64,000 bases of DNA from Flaccisagitta enflata (lineage: Eukaryota). Made by a program: the position numbers and the translations under genes. Shown here in pieces: positions 1 to 13,700 of the stretch. The notes below the pieces were generated by a model. That model did not search any database and was not told the origin of the DNA. It worked only from the letters and a program-made list of their open reading frames with translations. The DNA is taken from the NCBI GenBank assembly GCA_965153355.1, contig OZ231126.1, positions 48,608,001 through 48,672,000 of the forward strand, given 5' to 3'. Within the stretch, counting starts at the first letter, position 1; each line of letters starts with the position of its first letter.

Positions 1-560
1 TTAATAGCGCAAGTATAGATTTATAAATATACGACATCATGAACCATATCTTGACACTCTTGTTCCATCGCTTTTTTGCACCATTTGCTATATGAGCCCA
101 TTCATACTATCTTGAAGAATCTGTCTTCAAATTGCATGCTTTGTACAGTAAAATGATCTTAAATTGGCAAAATTTTCAAACAAAATCTTAAAAAAGAGTA
201 AGATTATTTTAAAGAGGTATCTTTATATGTATTTCCATCATTGTTAATGAAGAAATTGAAAGAAAATGTCATGAAGGGACGATAATTTCATATCCGTTAA
301 GAGGCGGATTTCCGTTTATCTTATAGCGAGATCTAACTACATGTACTTTCAGCCTCTACATCCAGTTTTGCTGAGTAAAGATCAAGATTTCTTTTAATAT
401 TCTTTCAAGTTTTTAGTTCTAAGAAAAAACTATTCCTAATTTCAAATAAAAATTTCAAAATATCTAAAATATTTTATCCTTGTATAAGTAACTGACTTAT
501 CAGAAGCAGGCTTAAAATGTTGACTTGATCACATCTCCACCCAGGAATAATCTTCGCTTT

Positions 561-1142
561 TTGGGCAGCGGCCCCGAAGGGGGCGAAGTCCTGTAGAACA
601 CAGGGGGACTTTCGTTCATTCGTCTATTTGTACATGCATCCCCCCCAGGCCCTCTCAGGGCTGAAATCTACCCTCTCAAACTTGAAATCTGCCCTCTCTG
701 GCCTTGAATATGCCCTCTTAGGCCTGAAATCTGCCCTCTCAAGCCTGAAATTTGCCCTCCAAGACCATAAATCTGTCTTCTTAGATTCATGGTCTGAGAC
801 GGTAGATCTTAGGCCTGAGAGAGTAGATATCAGGCCTGAGGGCAGATTTCAAGCCTGAGAGGGCCTGGATTTTAGGCCTGAGAGGGCCTAGGAAGGATGG
901 ACGGACAAATAAAGAACTGATGGACGGACAAATAAAGAACTGATGGACGGACAAATAAAGAACTGATGGACGGACAAATAAAGAACTGATGGACGGACAA
1001 ACAAAAGTCCCCCTGTGTTCTACAGGAATATCCCCTTTGGGGCCGCTGCCCTGCTTCCCTGCTTCCCCTCACTCAAATTCACAATCATTCAAAGCAGGGC
1101 AACGGGTATCGCTGACCACATATTGCCCTTGGGCGACCTGTT
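561..1142 (+). mobile_element. HINE/DINE-like non-autonomous element, family A (GGGCAGCGGCCCC inverted repeats)
   Basis: About 50-bp IR at 563 and 1051, asymmetric extra tail, internal 21-bp AGGCCT repeats, 23-bp GGAC-containing repeats, T-run insertion site. Confidence 0.7.
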
Positions 1143-1319
1143 CTCCAATTCCCAGGCCGCTGAAATTGTGAGAAAGTAAGAAGGGCTAGGGATGGGAGGG
1201 GGGGGGTATCCGTCGGGTGAATACAGCCCGCATCCATGATTGGGCTGTAGAAAGGCAACAACTGAAATGTCCCGAACAGGATGGTCTCCATGATGAGAGC
1301 CCAATGCGGTTCTTAGATA

Positions 1320-2275
1320 ACTATGGCAAAATAAAAAAAGACAGTAATTTTCAAAATGATATTGTGAGCTCATTTTTTGGAGTAGCTTTATAATTTTCTA
1401 GACCAATATAGTTTGTCAAATTTGGAACCTAGCAAAAAAATCAGATCTTGAAAAAGTTGATTTTTGCGCCCATAGCATTGATTTTTGCAAAATTTGTCTA
1501 TTGAACAATCACCGAGTTGGTTTCAGTTTCAGTTTAGATCCAACTTTGAAAACTAACTGTGAGCTCAATTTTTGGAGCAAGATCAGAACTTTTTAGATGG
1601 TGATAGCATGTCAAATTTCTGACATAGTAAAAAAATCAGAACTCAAAAAAGTTTATTTTTGTAGTTGCAACATCAATTTTTGTAAAATCGGTTAAAGTTA
1701 GATGGTCAAAATAAAAAAACATTTATCTAGAGTTGATTTCAAATGTTCATTTTTTTTAATAGCTTCACATTTTTTTTAGGTGGTGACAGTACGGCAAGTT
1801 TTTGACACAGCAAAAAAATCGGAACTCAAAAAAGTGTATTTTTGCATCAGAATCATCAATTTTTGTGAATAGACTTCTTATAAAAAATCTAGTGTTGATA
1901 TCCAGTTTTGACAGATTTTACAAAAATTGATGTAGAAGGTACAAAAATACACTTTGAATTCTGATTTTTTTGCTGTGTCAGAAATTTGACCTGCTATCAC
2001 CATCTCAGAAATATTGATCTCGCTCTAAAAGTTGAGCTCAGAGTAAATTTTATAAAGTTGGATCTAAACTGAAACCTATTCGGCGATGGTTCAATTGACA
2101 AATTTTGCAAAACTCAATGCTATGGGCGCAAAAATCAACTTTTTCAAGATCTGATTTTTTTACCAGGTAGCAAATTTGACAAACTATCTTAGTCTAAAAA
2201 ATTATGAACCTGCTCTAAAAAATGAGCTCACAATATCATTTTGAAAATTACTTTCCTTTTTTATTTTGCCATAGT
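1320..2275. mobile_element. Foldback MITE with long (>300 bp) imperfect TIRs, TA-flanked
   Basis: TA|ACTATGGCAAAATAAAAA...TTTTTATTTTGCCATAGT|TA; arms mirror far into the element. Confidence 0.8.
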
Positions 2276-2625
2276 TACACCGCTATCTTCCCATGATTTT
2301 TAAAATCAACTGATGGCCAAGGCTATGCATGTTAGCCGCTCTAGGCGGCTTTTACTAGAGTGGATGAACTGTTTCCATCCTTCCTGATCAATTTGAGGCG
2401 TAAACACGGCCAAGTGGTGCCTCTGCCATCTTGCAAATCCAAATCTTGGTATCGAATAATAACAAACAACATCTCCATCCAACCAGTTTCTTTAGACGAC
2501 TTGGGTCGTTGTTGTTGTTGTTGTAGTATATCCTTCTCGTTTTGGCCTTGTTCTTCTTCTCTTGTTCTCATTCCCATCTCTGTTTATGTCTCAGTCCTTG
2601 CTTTTTGTTTTTGTTTTGTTTTTGT

Positions 2626-2860
2626 TTTTTAGTTGAGGACACCCAACTCTATAAGAGGCTTTGTCCATCTGTTGGTCCGTTGGTCCGTTGGTCCGTTGGT
2701 CCTTCCGTCCGGGGTCATCGAGTTGAAAAGTGGGAAAACGAGCATTTTTGATACTTTTTGTGTATGTTTGAGTGCTGGGGTGGGTTTGGGTGTGGATGGG
2801 GGTTGGATGCCCCTGCCCACCCGTCCGCAACGATATTGTGACCCCGCGTCACTTTTTTTC
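2626..2860 (+). mobile_element. Family C HINE-like element; other copies about 3905-4053(-), 19690-19892, 35226-35368, 37225-37437(-), 39998-40220, 56866-56950
   Basis: Family consensus start AGTTGCGGACACGCAACTCTATAAGAGGCTTTGTC, GGTCCGTT repeats, shared CCTGCCCAC 3' block. Confidence 0.7.
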
Positions 2861-4225
2861 TCTGTCCCCTCTCACGTTTTGGTTTGTCATTTAGTCATTC
2901 GACTGATGTATTTGTCCGTTTGCCTGTAGTTCGTTTGCTGTTCTCCTCGTTGCAGCCCATCGTCGATCGTCATTCAATGTGTAGTCGCGCACCCGCCGGT
3001 ATTCATGCGCCGATCAAAAATCGTCGTGCACGGCAAATCCAAGGAGACCGCCAGCAAATTTGGGTGCGTTCAGCCAGTGGGTATGATTCAGTCCCAGGGT
3101 AGTGTCCCGATGGCATTCCTGGCGCGCGGCGTTCGTGATAATGTTGACACCAGGTGAAGACTTGACAGCTCTGCTCTCTCTTAGTCTGATAATTGAAGAG
3201 GAAAATGCCAAATTCTTCATGTAAGATTTATTTAATGGTAACTCTTAAAGATGGTAACGATGACAAAGATGGTAAAACGCATCAAATATCTTCAACAGTT
3301 TATTCACAACAGAATTGATGAATGATAGGATGATATCACACCTAATAATTGAAGAGGAAAATACCAAATTCTTCATGTAAGATTCATTTAATGGTAACTG
3401 AAGAATTGGGCGTTTTCTCTCTTTAATATGAATCAAGTTTATGGTGTCTTACATTTTCTTGTGCGGTTCCAAAAGGAATGAGAATAGAATGGCAAAGCAG
3501 AAAATAGGGGGCCCGTATATCAATATGAGAGGCGTAATAGATATCAATGACTGACAATGTGTGGGGTTCCAAACTTCAAATACAAAATCAAATCTATTGG
3601 AATGGGCAAAATCTGGGCATTAGTGGGCACAATTTGGGCATTCGAATGAAAAATTATTTCCAAGCACTTCTCTCATTGCTTTTGCATGTTAAGGGTTCAA
3701 TCTCTTTGGAAAATCGATATGGACTTGATCTAGGCACTCCATCATCAATGCTGTAGTTGTATAAAATTGATTGCTGGAGTTAAAAGAGAAATTTCTTCCA
3801 TAGTAATACTATACAACTACAGCATTTATGATGGAGTGCCTATATCAAGTCCAAATCGATTTTCCAAAGAGATTTGGCTCCTAAAAAAAAATGCAAATGG
3901 AACAAGAACAAGGCCGGATACACGGCCACCAGTTGCGGAAGGGTGGGCAGGGGCGGAAACGCGCGTTTTCCCACTTTTCGACTCTTGCTTACAGAGCAAC
4001 GGACGGGCGGACAGACAAAGCCTCTTATAGATTTGCGTGTCCGCAACTAAAAATGCTTGGAGCTAATGTTTCATTCGAATGCCCAAATTGAGCCCACTCT
4101 AATCTCTATGGTTTCTACCCACTACCCAAATCACCTCTATCGTGACGAGAAATGATGACTCCCTGCTCTACCCGGTTGAAAAGTAACAGAAATCCACCAA
4201 CAGCAAATACAAACTCTTAGCCCCT

Positions 4226-4876
4226 TTTGGGCAGCGGCCCCGGAGGGGTCGATGACCTATGGTTCCACACAGGGCAATTTTTCCGATCTGATGTCTGTGT
4301 CCACCCCTTCCCCCCAAAGCCCCAAATCAGGCCTCTGAGACCTCAGAGCAGGCCTCTGAGACCTCAAATCAGGCCTCTCAGACCCCAAATCGGGCCTCTC
4401 AGACCTCAAAGCAGGCCTCTCAGACCCTAAATCAGGCCTCTCAGACCTCTTATCAGGCCTCTTAGGCCCCAACTCAGGCCTCCAGACCTCTTATCAGGCC
4501 TCTCAGACCCCAAATCAGGCCTCTCAGACCCCAAATCAGGCCTCTCAGACCTCTTATCAGGCCTCTTAGGCCCCAACTCAGGCCTCCAAACCTCTTTTCA
4601 GGCCTTTCATACCCCAAATCAGGCCTCTTAAACTACAAATCAGGCATCTGGGATCTCTAATCAGGCCTCTCAGACCCCAAATCAGGCCTCTCAGACCTCT
4701 TTTCAGGCTTATTAGGCCTTATCTCAGGCCTCTCAGACCCTATATCAGGCCTCTCACACCCCAGATCAAACCTTATGGACCCCAGATTAGACTTCTCAGA
4801 CCCAAGATCATGCCTCCCAAAACAAAATTGCCCTGTGTGGAATCATCAGTCATCGACCCCTCCGGGGCCGCTGCCC
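4226..4876 (+). mobile_element. Family A HINE-like element with a 20-21-bp central tandem array
   Basis: IR GGGCAGCGGCCCCGGAGGGGTCGATGAC...GTCATCGACCCCTCCGGGGCCGCTGCCC; (ATCAGGCCTCTCAGACCCCAA)n. Confidence 0.75.
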
Positions 4877-5442
4877 CATTACACAGTGCACTATTACCGA
4901 TAAAAAATCAATTGTCATTTTTTCATGTAGTATGACACTACTAGACTACTGGCGCAGTTTTTTTTTAAAGTTAACAATAGTTAATCACTTATGGGAAATT
5001 GAAACCAACGCGAAGGTAGCTTTCACTAAGCACTATAGGCGTAGGGGTGGGGGATGTTCGCGCAATCCTCGGTTCTCTAGTGTGGATTTTAAGGTTCTAT
5101 GCCATAGTGGTGTGGCAGTGACAAGAAATGTATCTCCCTAAATCTGTCGCATCACCACAAGGAATAGCCTTATTGCTTCCAAAACAAAATCTCCTTACTG
5201 AATTCTGAGCGAAATACTTTTTTCGCCTTTTCTTCATTTTTTTTTCTCCTTTTTTACAAAGATTGAAAAAAATGATGAAAATGAGGTCGTGAACGATGGC
5301 GATGATCACGACCCTGACAACGATGATAATGAGGGCACAGACGATTACAACTGACATGACTGAGACTGACAGCGTATGAATGACACCACAAAGAGCGATT
5401 AAATGTGGCCCCGTCTTTCTCCCAGTCCATTTCCGGTCTGGT

Positions 5443-5481
<39 letters not shown>

Positions 5482-5606
5482 CAGTTTATCTGTCTGTTGG
5501 TCTCGGTCTCTCGGTCTCGGTCTCTTGGTCTTTCGGTCTCGGTCTCTCGGTCTCGGTCTCTAAGTCTCTTGGTCTCTAAGTCTCTTGGTCTCTTGATCTC
5601 TCGGTC

Positions 5607-5693
<87 letters not shown>

Positions 5694-5757
5694 CTCTCAG
5701 TCTCTCAGTCTCTCTCTCTCTCTCTCAGTCTCTCTCTCTCTCTCTCAGTCTCTCTCT

Positions 5758-5866
<109 letters not shown>

Positions 5867-6155
5867 GCTAGCTTTCTGTCACACTAGTCGACATTTGAAA
5901 ACAAAACAAACATTCACAAACATAACATATATGCACAAACATAACAAACATTCAAAAACATAACAAACATTCAAAAACAAAACAAACTTTTGAAAACAAA
6001 ACAAACATTCGAAAACAAAACCAACATAAAAAAACATGAGCCTTTAAAAACGCATAAAACACATAACTAAACATTAACATTAGATAGCAAAACACGGTGT
6101 CAATGTCAAAATTTAAACATTCGATGTCAAAACACACGCACACACACACACACAC

Positions 6156-6254
<99 letters not shown>

Positions 6255-6778
6255 CACACACGAACACACAAACAAACAAAAAAACACAGTCACAGACGGA
6301 AATGTATGGAAACTTGATTCTTTTTTAGGTGCGTCAAAGCACGTCTATATCGGGCTGTGTCTGTGGGTTGGTCGGTTGGTTGGTCAGTAATGTATATGTA
6401 GGGTAACAAAATGAAACGTCTTATTAAAGACTAAATTTAGAGACACGCTGAGTGCATTGTCTGGCAATAATAACCCTTTTTAGCCCATATTCAGGCTAAC
6501 ACTTCAAAAGTAACTTGACTTTGAAACAAGGCCGGATACAAGGCCGGATACAAGGCCGGCTACCCTAGTCGCGTGCGGATGGGCAGGAGCAGTGATGGTG
6601 AAGATCTCTGGAGTATTTAGGCAGGAGCAGTGAGCTCAAAACGCTCAAAAATGCCGAAAAGTAAAATGGGAACCGACCAACCGATGGACGGTTGGACGGA
6701 CAAAGCGGGGTGTTGAGTCGCATAGCACGTGACTAAAACTTTACAAAAAAAAATATCAACTACAAGAACAACAACAAG

Positions 6779-6819
<41 letters not shown>

Positions 6820-7959
6820 CGAGCCTGTGAGCGGAGTGAGTGGTGCGAGTAAACAAAGGTAGTGAGCGACCGAGTGGCCCGTTTGAAATGCAATTGTCAT
6901 GTGACCGTCAGTCGTTCAAATCTACCACAGATGGATATACCACAGAAAAATATTAAAGAGTGAAAAAAATTAGAGTTATGAAATTTCAAAGTGGTGTGAT
7001 CTATGCCAGACTTGATTAAGAATAGAACAAAAAATAATCGATCTGCCTGAATGACGCCCATTTCCAATTCATCTGTTCGGTCAAAAACATTTGAAAATGT
7101 CAAGATTTTTTTGTTAATTTTATTTTTTTGTTAATTTTCATTTCCAATTCGTTTGTTTTTTCTTTTTTGTAAATTTTTCAAAACACAGTTATTAAAATAT
7201 GTAAAAATTGCTACACATTTGTACCAAGATTAGAATTCTTACTCCGATCCGAATACGGGACATTTCCTTGAAATTAGACAAATAATGAGTCTTTTATTCA
7301 AACCAACAAGCCTCAAGTTCAATCTATTCCAACCTGTCCGTCTGCCTTTTAATCAGTCTTATTAAGTCACCGCTCAAGTTGCTACATCGGCTTGTCAGTC
7401 TGTCAGTCTCACTTTTTTGGGGGTATTTATGGTCGCTTAGTTTACAAAGAACCACCGCTAAGGGGTGTTTCTAGTCAGAGACATTCGCATTTTCAATGGG
7501 TCTCTTGGTCGCTTGCTACGTTCTGTCGCTGCAACGCTCACGCTGCTCACTCGCTACGCAGCGCTTCGCTTCACTATTTTCACTTCGCTCGCTCACTCTG
7601 TTCATGGGCTCGCTCACTCACTCACAGTTGAATGCATAAATGTATGTGTTCACGCGTCCCAGGAACAGAAGTCGAGACACAACGAAACAGAGTCAAAGCC
7701 GTTTTTAACTCTAGATCGACAGAATGACCAAGTGAGCGCAAAGATAAAGATGAAGAAGAGATTTTTTGTCTTCTTTATTCTCCTGCGAAAGAAAATGGGT
7801 TGATTTAATGGTAGGTGAAAAGGTAAGCAAGGAGTGGTTAGGTAAAACCAACACCAGCCGAGTGGCGCTAGCCCATGGAGAGGTAAATCCAATGAGCTGC
7901 AACTTAGTCCCAAATGACGAGGACGGCTCGTCATTCGGGGGTGAGCAGAGCAAAATCTA

Positions 7960-8715
7960 CACCGCTTTCAGATCGAAATGTCGCGAAAAGAAGATATATT
8001 ACTCCAAAACTATTCATAGTAATTAGTTTTTTCTTTTTTCCCCTGGTAGATAATTTGATTAAGTTTTGCTACAAGCAAAGAATATCCCACCAACTAAAAA
8101 ATTCAAGCCTCCTACTCACAACAAATGAATATTGCATGTTTCACATTGAAGGATTTTTTTTCCCAACAACTTTTTCTTTACTTTATTTCATAGTTGTCAT
8201 TTCTACACAAATTGAGCTGAATTGCTGGGATTGGTCTAGAATTCAAGAGAATTTAATGTAGATTATGTTGTAAGGAAAAAATGTTCTCACTGATTTTAAT
8301 TTTGAACAATTTGCAGACAATTTTTCAGAATTTTCCCTAAATCTTGAGGTTTTTGCGGTATTTTGGGGTCAAAATCAATCGTTATTGCATCACATAAGTC
8401 AAATTTTTTAGAATTTCAAACAAAACTTCATTAATTTTTCATAACTAACACTGTAGGACCACTCTTGTTGAAAAAAAGAAGCACTGCTGCTATCTAACCT
8501 CATTTTTTCCATGAAAAAAGGCCATTTTTGGCTGAAATCGACTAATTTTTGTCATGAAATTTAGAGCAAATATATCAACACTGGGGCTTTAATTCTTTTT
8601 TTGTAACAAAACTTAATCAAATTATCTACCACAGGAAAAAAGAATCAAGTAGTTGTCTTAAGTATTTTAGGAGTAATATATCTTCTTTTCGCGACATTCC
8701 GATCTGAAAGCGGTG
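7960..8715. mobile_element. Tc1/mariner-type MITE with TA TSD
   Basis: TA|CACCGCTTTCAGATCG.AATGTCGCGAAAAGAAGATATATTACTCC ... reverse complement |TA. Confidence 0.85.
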
Positions 8716-8912
8716 TATCTTATGATTTATCTGTCTAAATAAGCGAAGCTAATTTTAGGAGAGAATTGATTTCCAAGAAAGATTTTAATCAGACTAAAGC
8801 AAATTCAAAATCGGCGCAGGGAGAGAGAATATTTGTGACCGATAAAATGAGAGGAAGCAAAATTATGATAAAATGGAAAATAACCAAAATAATATGAGAA
8901 CCGACCTATAAA

Positions 8913-10711
<1,799 letters not shown>

Positions 10712-10712
<1 letters not shown>

Positions 10713-13700
10713 GGTGGGTTGGGTGGTTGGTGGGATTTTGTATTGGTCGTTGGTGATTTTGATGCACGGTGTTGGTGTTTTTGGGTGGGTTGGGTGGTTG
10801 GTGGTATTTTTTATTGGTCGTTGGTGATTTTGATGCACGGTGTTGGTGTTTTTGGGTGGGTTGGGTGGTTGGTGGTATTTTTTATTGGTCGTTGGTGATT
10901 TTGATGCACGGTGTTGGTGTTTTTGGGTGGGTTGGGTGGTTGGTGGTATTTTGTATTGGTCGTTGGTGATTTTGATGCACGGTGTTGGTGTTTAGGGAGT
11001 GGGTTGGGTGGTTGGTGGGATTTTGTATTGGTCGTTGGTGATTTTGATGCACGGTGTTGGTGTTTTGGGTGGGTTGGGTGGTTGGTGGGATTTTTTATTG
11101 GTAGTTGGTGATTTTGATGCACGGTGTTGGTGTTTTTGGGTGGGTTGGGTGGTTGGTGGTATTTTTTATTGGTCGTTGGTGATTTTGATGCACGGTGTTG
11201 GTGTTTTAGGTGGGTTGGGTGGTTGGTGGGATTTTGTATTGTTCGTTGGTGATTTTGATGCACGGTGTTGGTGTTTGAGGTGGGTTGGGTGGTTGGTGGG
11301 ATTTTGTATTGGTCGTTGGTGATTTTGATGCAGGGTGTTGGTGTTTTGGGTGGGTTGGGTGGTTGGTGGGATTTTGTATTGGTCGTTGGTGATTTTGATG
11401 CAGGGTGTTGGTGTTTTGGGTGGGTTGGGTGGTTGGTGGGATTTTGTATTGGTCGTTGGTGATTTTGATGCAGGGTGTTGGTGTTTTGGGTGGGTTGGGT
11501 GGTTGGTGGGATTTTGTATTGGTCGTTGGTGATTTTGATGCACGGTGTTGGTGTTTTGGGTGAGTTGGGTGGTTGGTGGGATTTTGTATTGGTCGTTGGT
11601 GATTTTGATACACGGTGTTGGTGTTTTCGCGCACAGGTGGGTTGGGTGGTTGGTGGGATTTTGTATTGTTGGTTGGTGATTTTGATGCAGGGTGTTGGTG
11701 TTTTGGGTGGAGATTGGGTGGTTGGTGGATTTTGTATTGGTCGTTGGTGATTTTGATGCACGGTGTTGGTGTTTTGGGTGGGTTGGGTGGTTGGTGGGAT
11801 TTTGTATTGGTCGTTGGTGATTTTGATGCACGGTGTTGGTGTTTTGGGTGGGTTGGGTGGTTGGTGGGATTTTGTATTGGTCGTTGGTGATTTTGATGCA
11901 CGGTGTTGGTGTTTTGGGTGGGTTGGGTGGTTGGTGGGATTTTGTATTGGTCGTTGGTGATTTTGATGCACGGTGTTGGTGTTTTGGGTGGGTTGGGTGG
12001 TTGGTGGGATTTTGTATTGGTGGGTGGTGATTTTGATGCACGGTGTTGGTGTTTTGGGTGGGTTGGGTGGTTGGTGGGATTTTGTATTGGTGGTTGGTGA
12101 TTTTGATGCACGGTGTTGGTGTTTTGGGTGGGTTAGGTGGTTGGTGGGATTTTGTATTGGTCGTTGGTGATTTGATGCACGGTGTTGGTGTTTGGGTGGG
12201 TTGGGTGGTTGGTGGGATTTTGTATTGGTGGTTGGTGATTTTGATGCAGGGTGTTGGTGTTTTGGGTGGGTTGGGTGGTTGGTGGGATTTTGTATTGGTC
12301 GTTGGTGATTTTGATGCAGGGTGTTGGTGTTTTGAGTGGGTTGGGTGGTTGGTGGGATTTTGTATTGATGGGTGGTGATTTTGATGCACGGTGTTGGTGT
12401 TTTGGAGTGGGTTGGGTGGTTGGTGGGATTTTGCCTTGTTGGTCGTTGGTGATTTTGTTTTGCAATTGACGGTGTTTTGGGTGGGTTGGGTGGTTGGTGG
12501 GATTTTGTATTGGTCGTTGGTGATTTTGATGCACGGTGTTGGTGTTTTGGGTGGGTTGGGTGGTTGGTGGGATTTTGTATTGGTCGTTGGTGATTTTGAT
12601 GCACGGTGTTGGTGTTTAAGGTGGGTTGGGTGGTTGGTGGGATTTTGTATTGGTCGTTGGTGATTTTGATGCACGGTGTTGTGTTAGTTTGGGTAGAGGT
12701 TGGGTGGTTGGAGGATTTTGTATTGAGTAAAATTTAGTGATTTTGATGCACGGTGTTGGTGTTTGGGTGGGTTGGGTGGTTGGTGGGACACATATTGGTC
12801 GTTGGTGATTTTGATGCACGGTGTTGGTGTTTTGGGTGGGTTGGGTGGTTGGTGGGATTTTGTATTGGTCGTTGGTGATTTTGATGCACGGTGTTGGTGT
12901 TTTGGGTGGGTTGGGTGGTTGGTGGGATTTTATATTGGTCGTTGGTGATTTTGATGCACGGTGTTGGTGTTTGGGTGGGTTGGGTGGTTGTTGAAGGGTT
13001 TTGTATTGGTCGTTGGTGATTTTGATGCACGGTGTTGGTGTTTTGGGTAGGTTGGGTGGTTGGTGGGATTTTGTATTGGTCGTTGGTGATTTTGATGCAC
13101 GGTGTTGGTGTTTTGGGTGGGTTGGGTGGTTGGTGGGATTTTGTATTGTTAGTTGGTGATTTTGATGCACGAAATTATTGATGGTGTTTGGGTGGGTTGG
13201 GTGGTTGGTGGGATTTTGTATTGGTCGTTGGTGATTTTGATGCACGGTGTTGGTGTTTTTGGGTGGGTGGGTGGTTGGTGGGATTTTGCATAGTACAGTG
13301 CGTTGGTGATTTTGATGCTGCAGTGTTGGTGTTGGAGGTGGGTTGGGTGGTTGGTGGGATTTTGTATTGGTCGTTGGTGATTTTGATGCACGGTGTTGGT
13401 GTTTTGGGTGGGTTGGGTGGTTGGTGGGATTTTGTGTTGGTGGAATTTGGTGATTTTGATGCCCCACGGACCGGTGTTGGTGTTTTGGGTGGGTTGGGTG
13501 GTTGGGGGGATTTTGTATTGGTGGTTGGTGATTTTGATGCACGGTGTTGGTGTTTTGGGTGGGTTGGGTGGTTGGTGGGATTTTTGATTGGTCGTTGGTG
13601 ATTTTGATGCACGGTGTTGGTGTTTTGGGTGGGTTGGGTGGTTGGTGGGATTTTGTGTTGGTGGGTGGTGAGATTTTGATGCCTGGTGTTGGTGTTTTAA

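Noticed and set aside
5270-5355. Asp/Asn-rich short frames (also minus strand 10225-10320)
   Set aside because: Consistent with degenerate GAY trinucleotide repeats; no supported exon chain.
7750-7940. Possible first exon of the Ig gene (MKKRFFVFFILL; RVALAHGEVNPMSCNL; gtgagc donor)
   Set aside because: It needs a frameshift to join, and direct splicing to 19958 leaves too short a Cys-Cys spacing. Unresolved.
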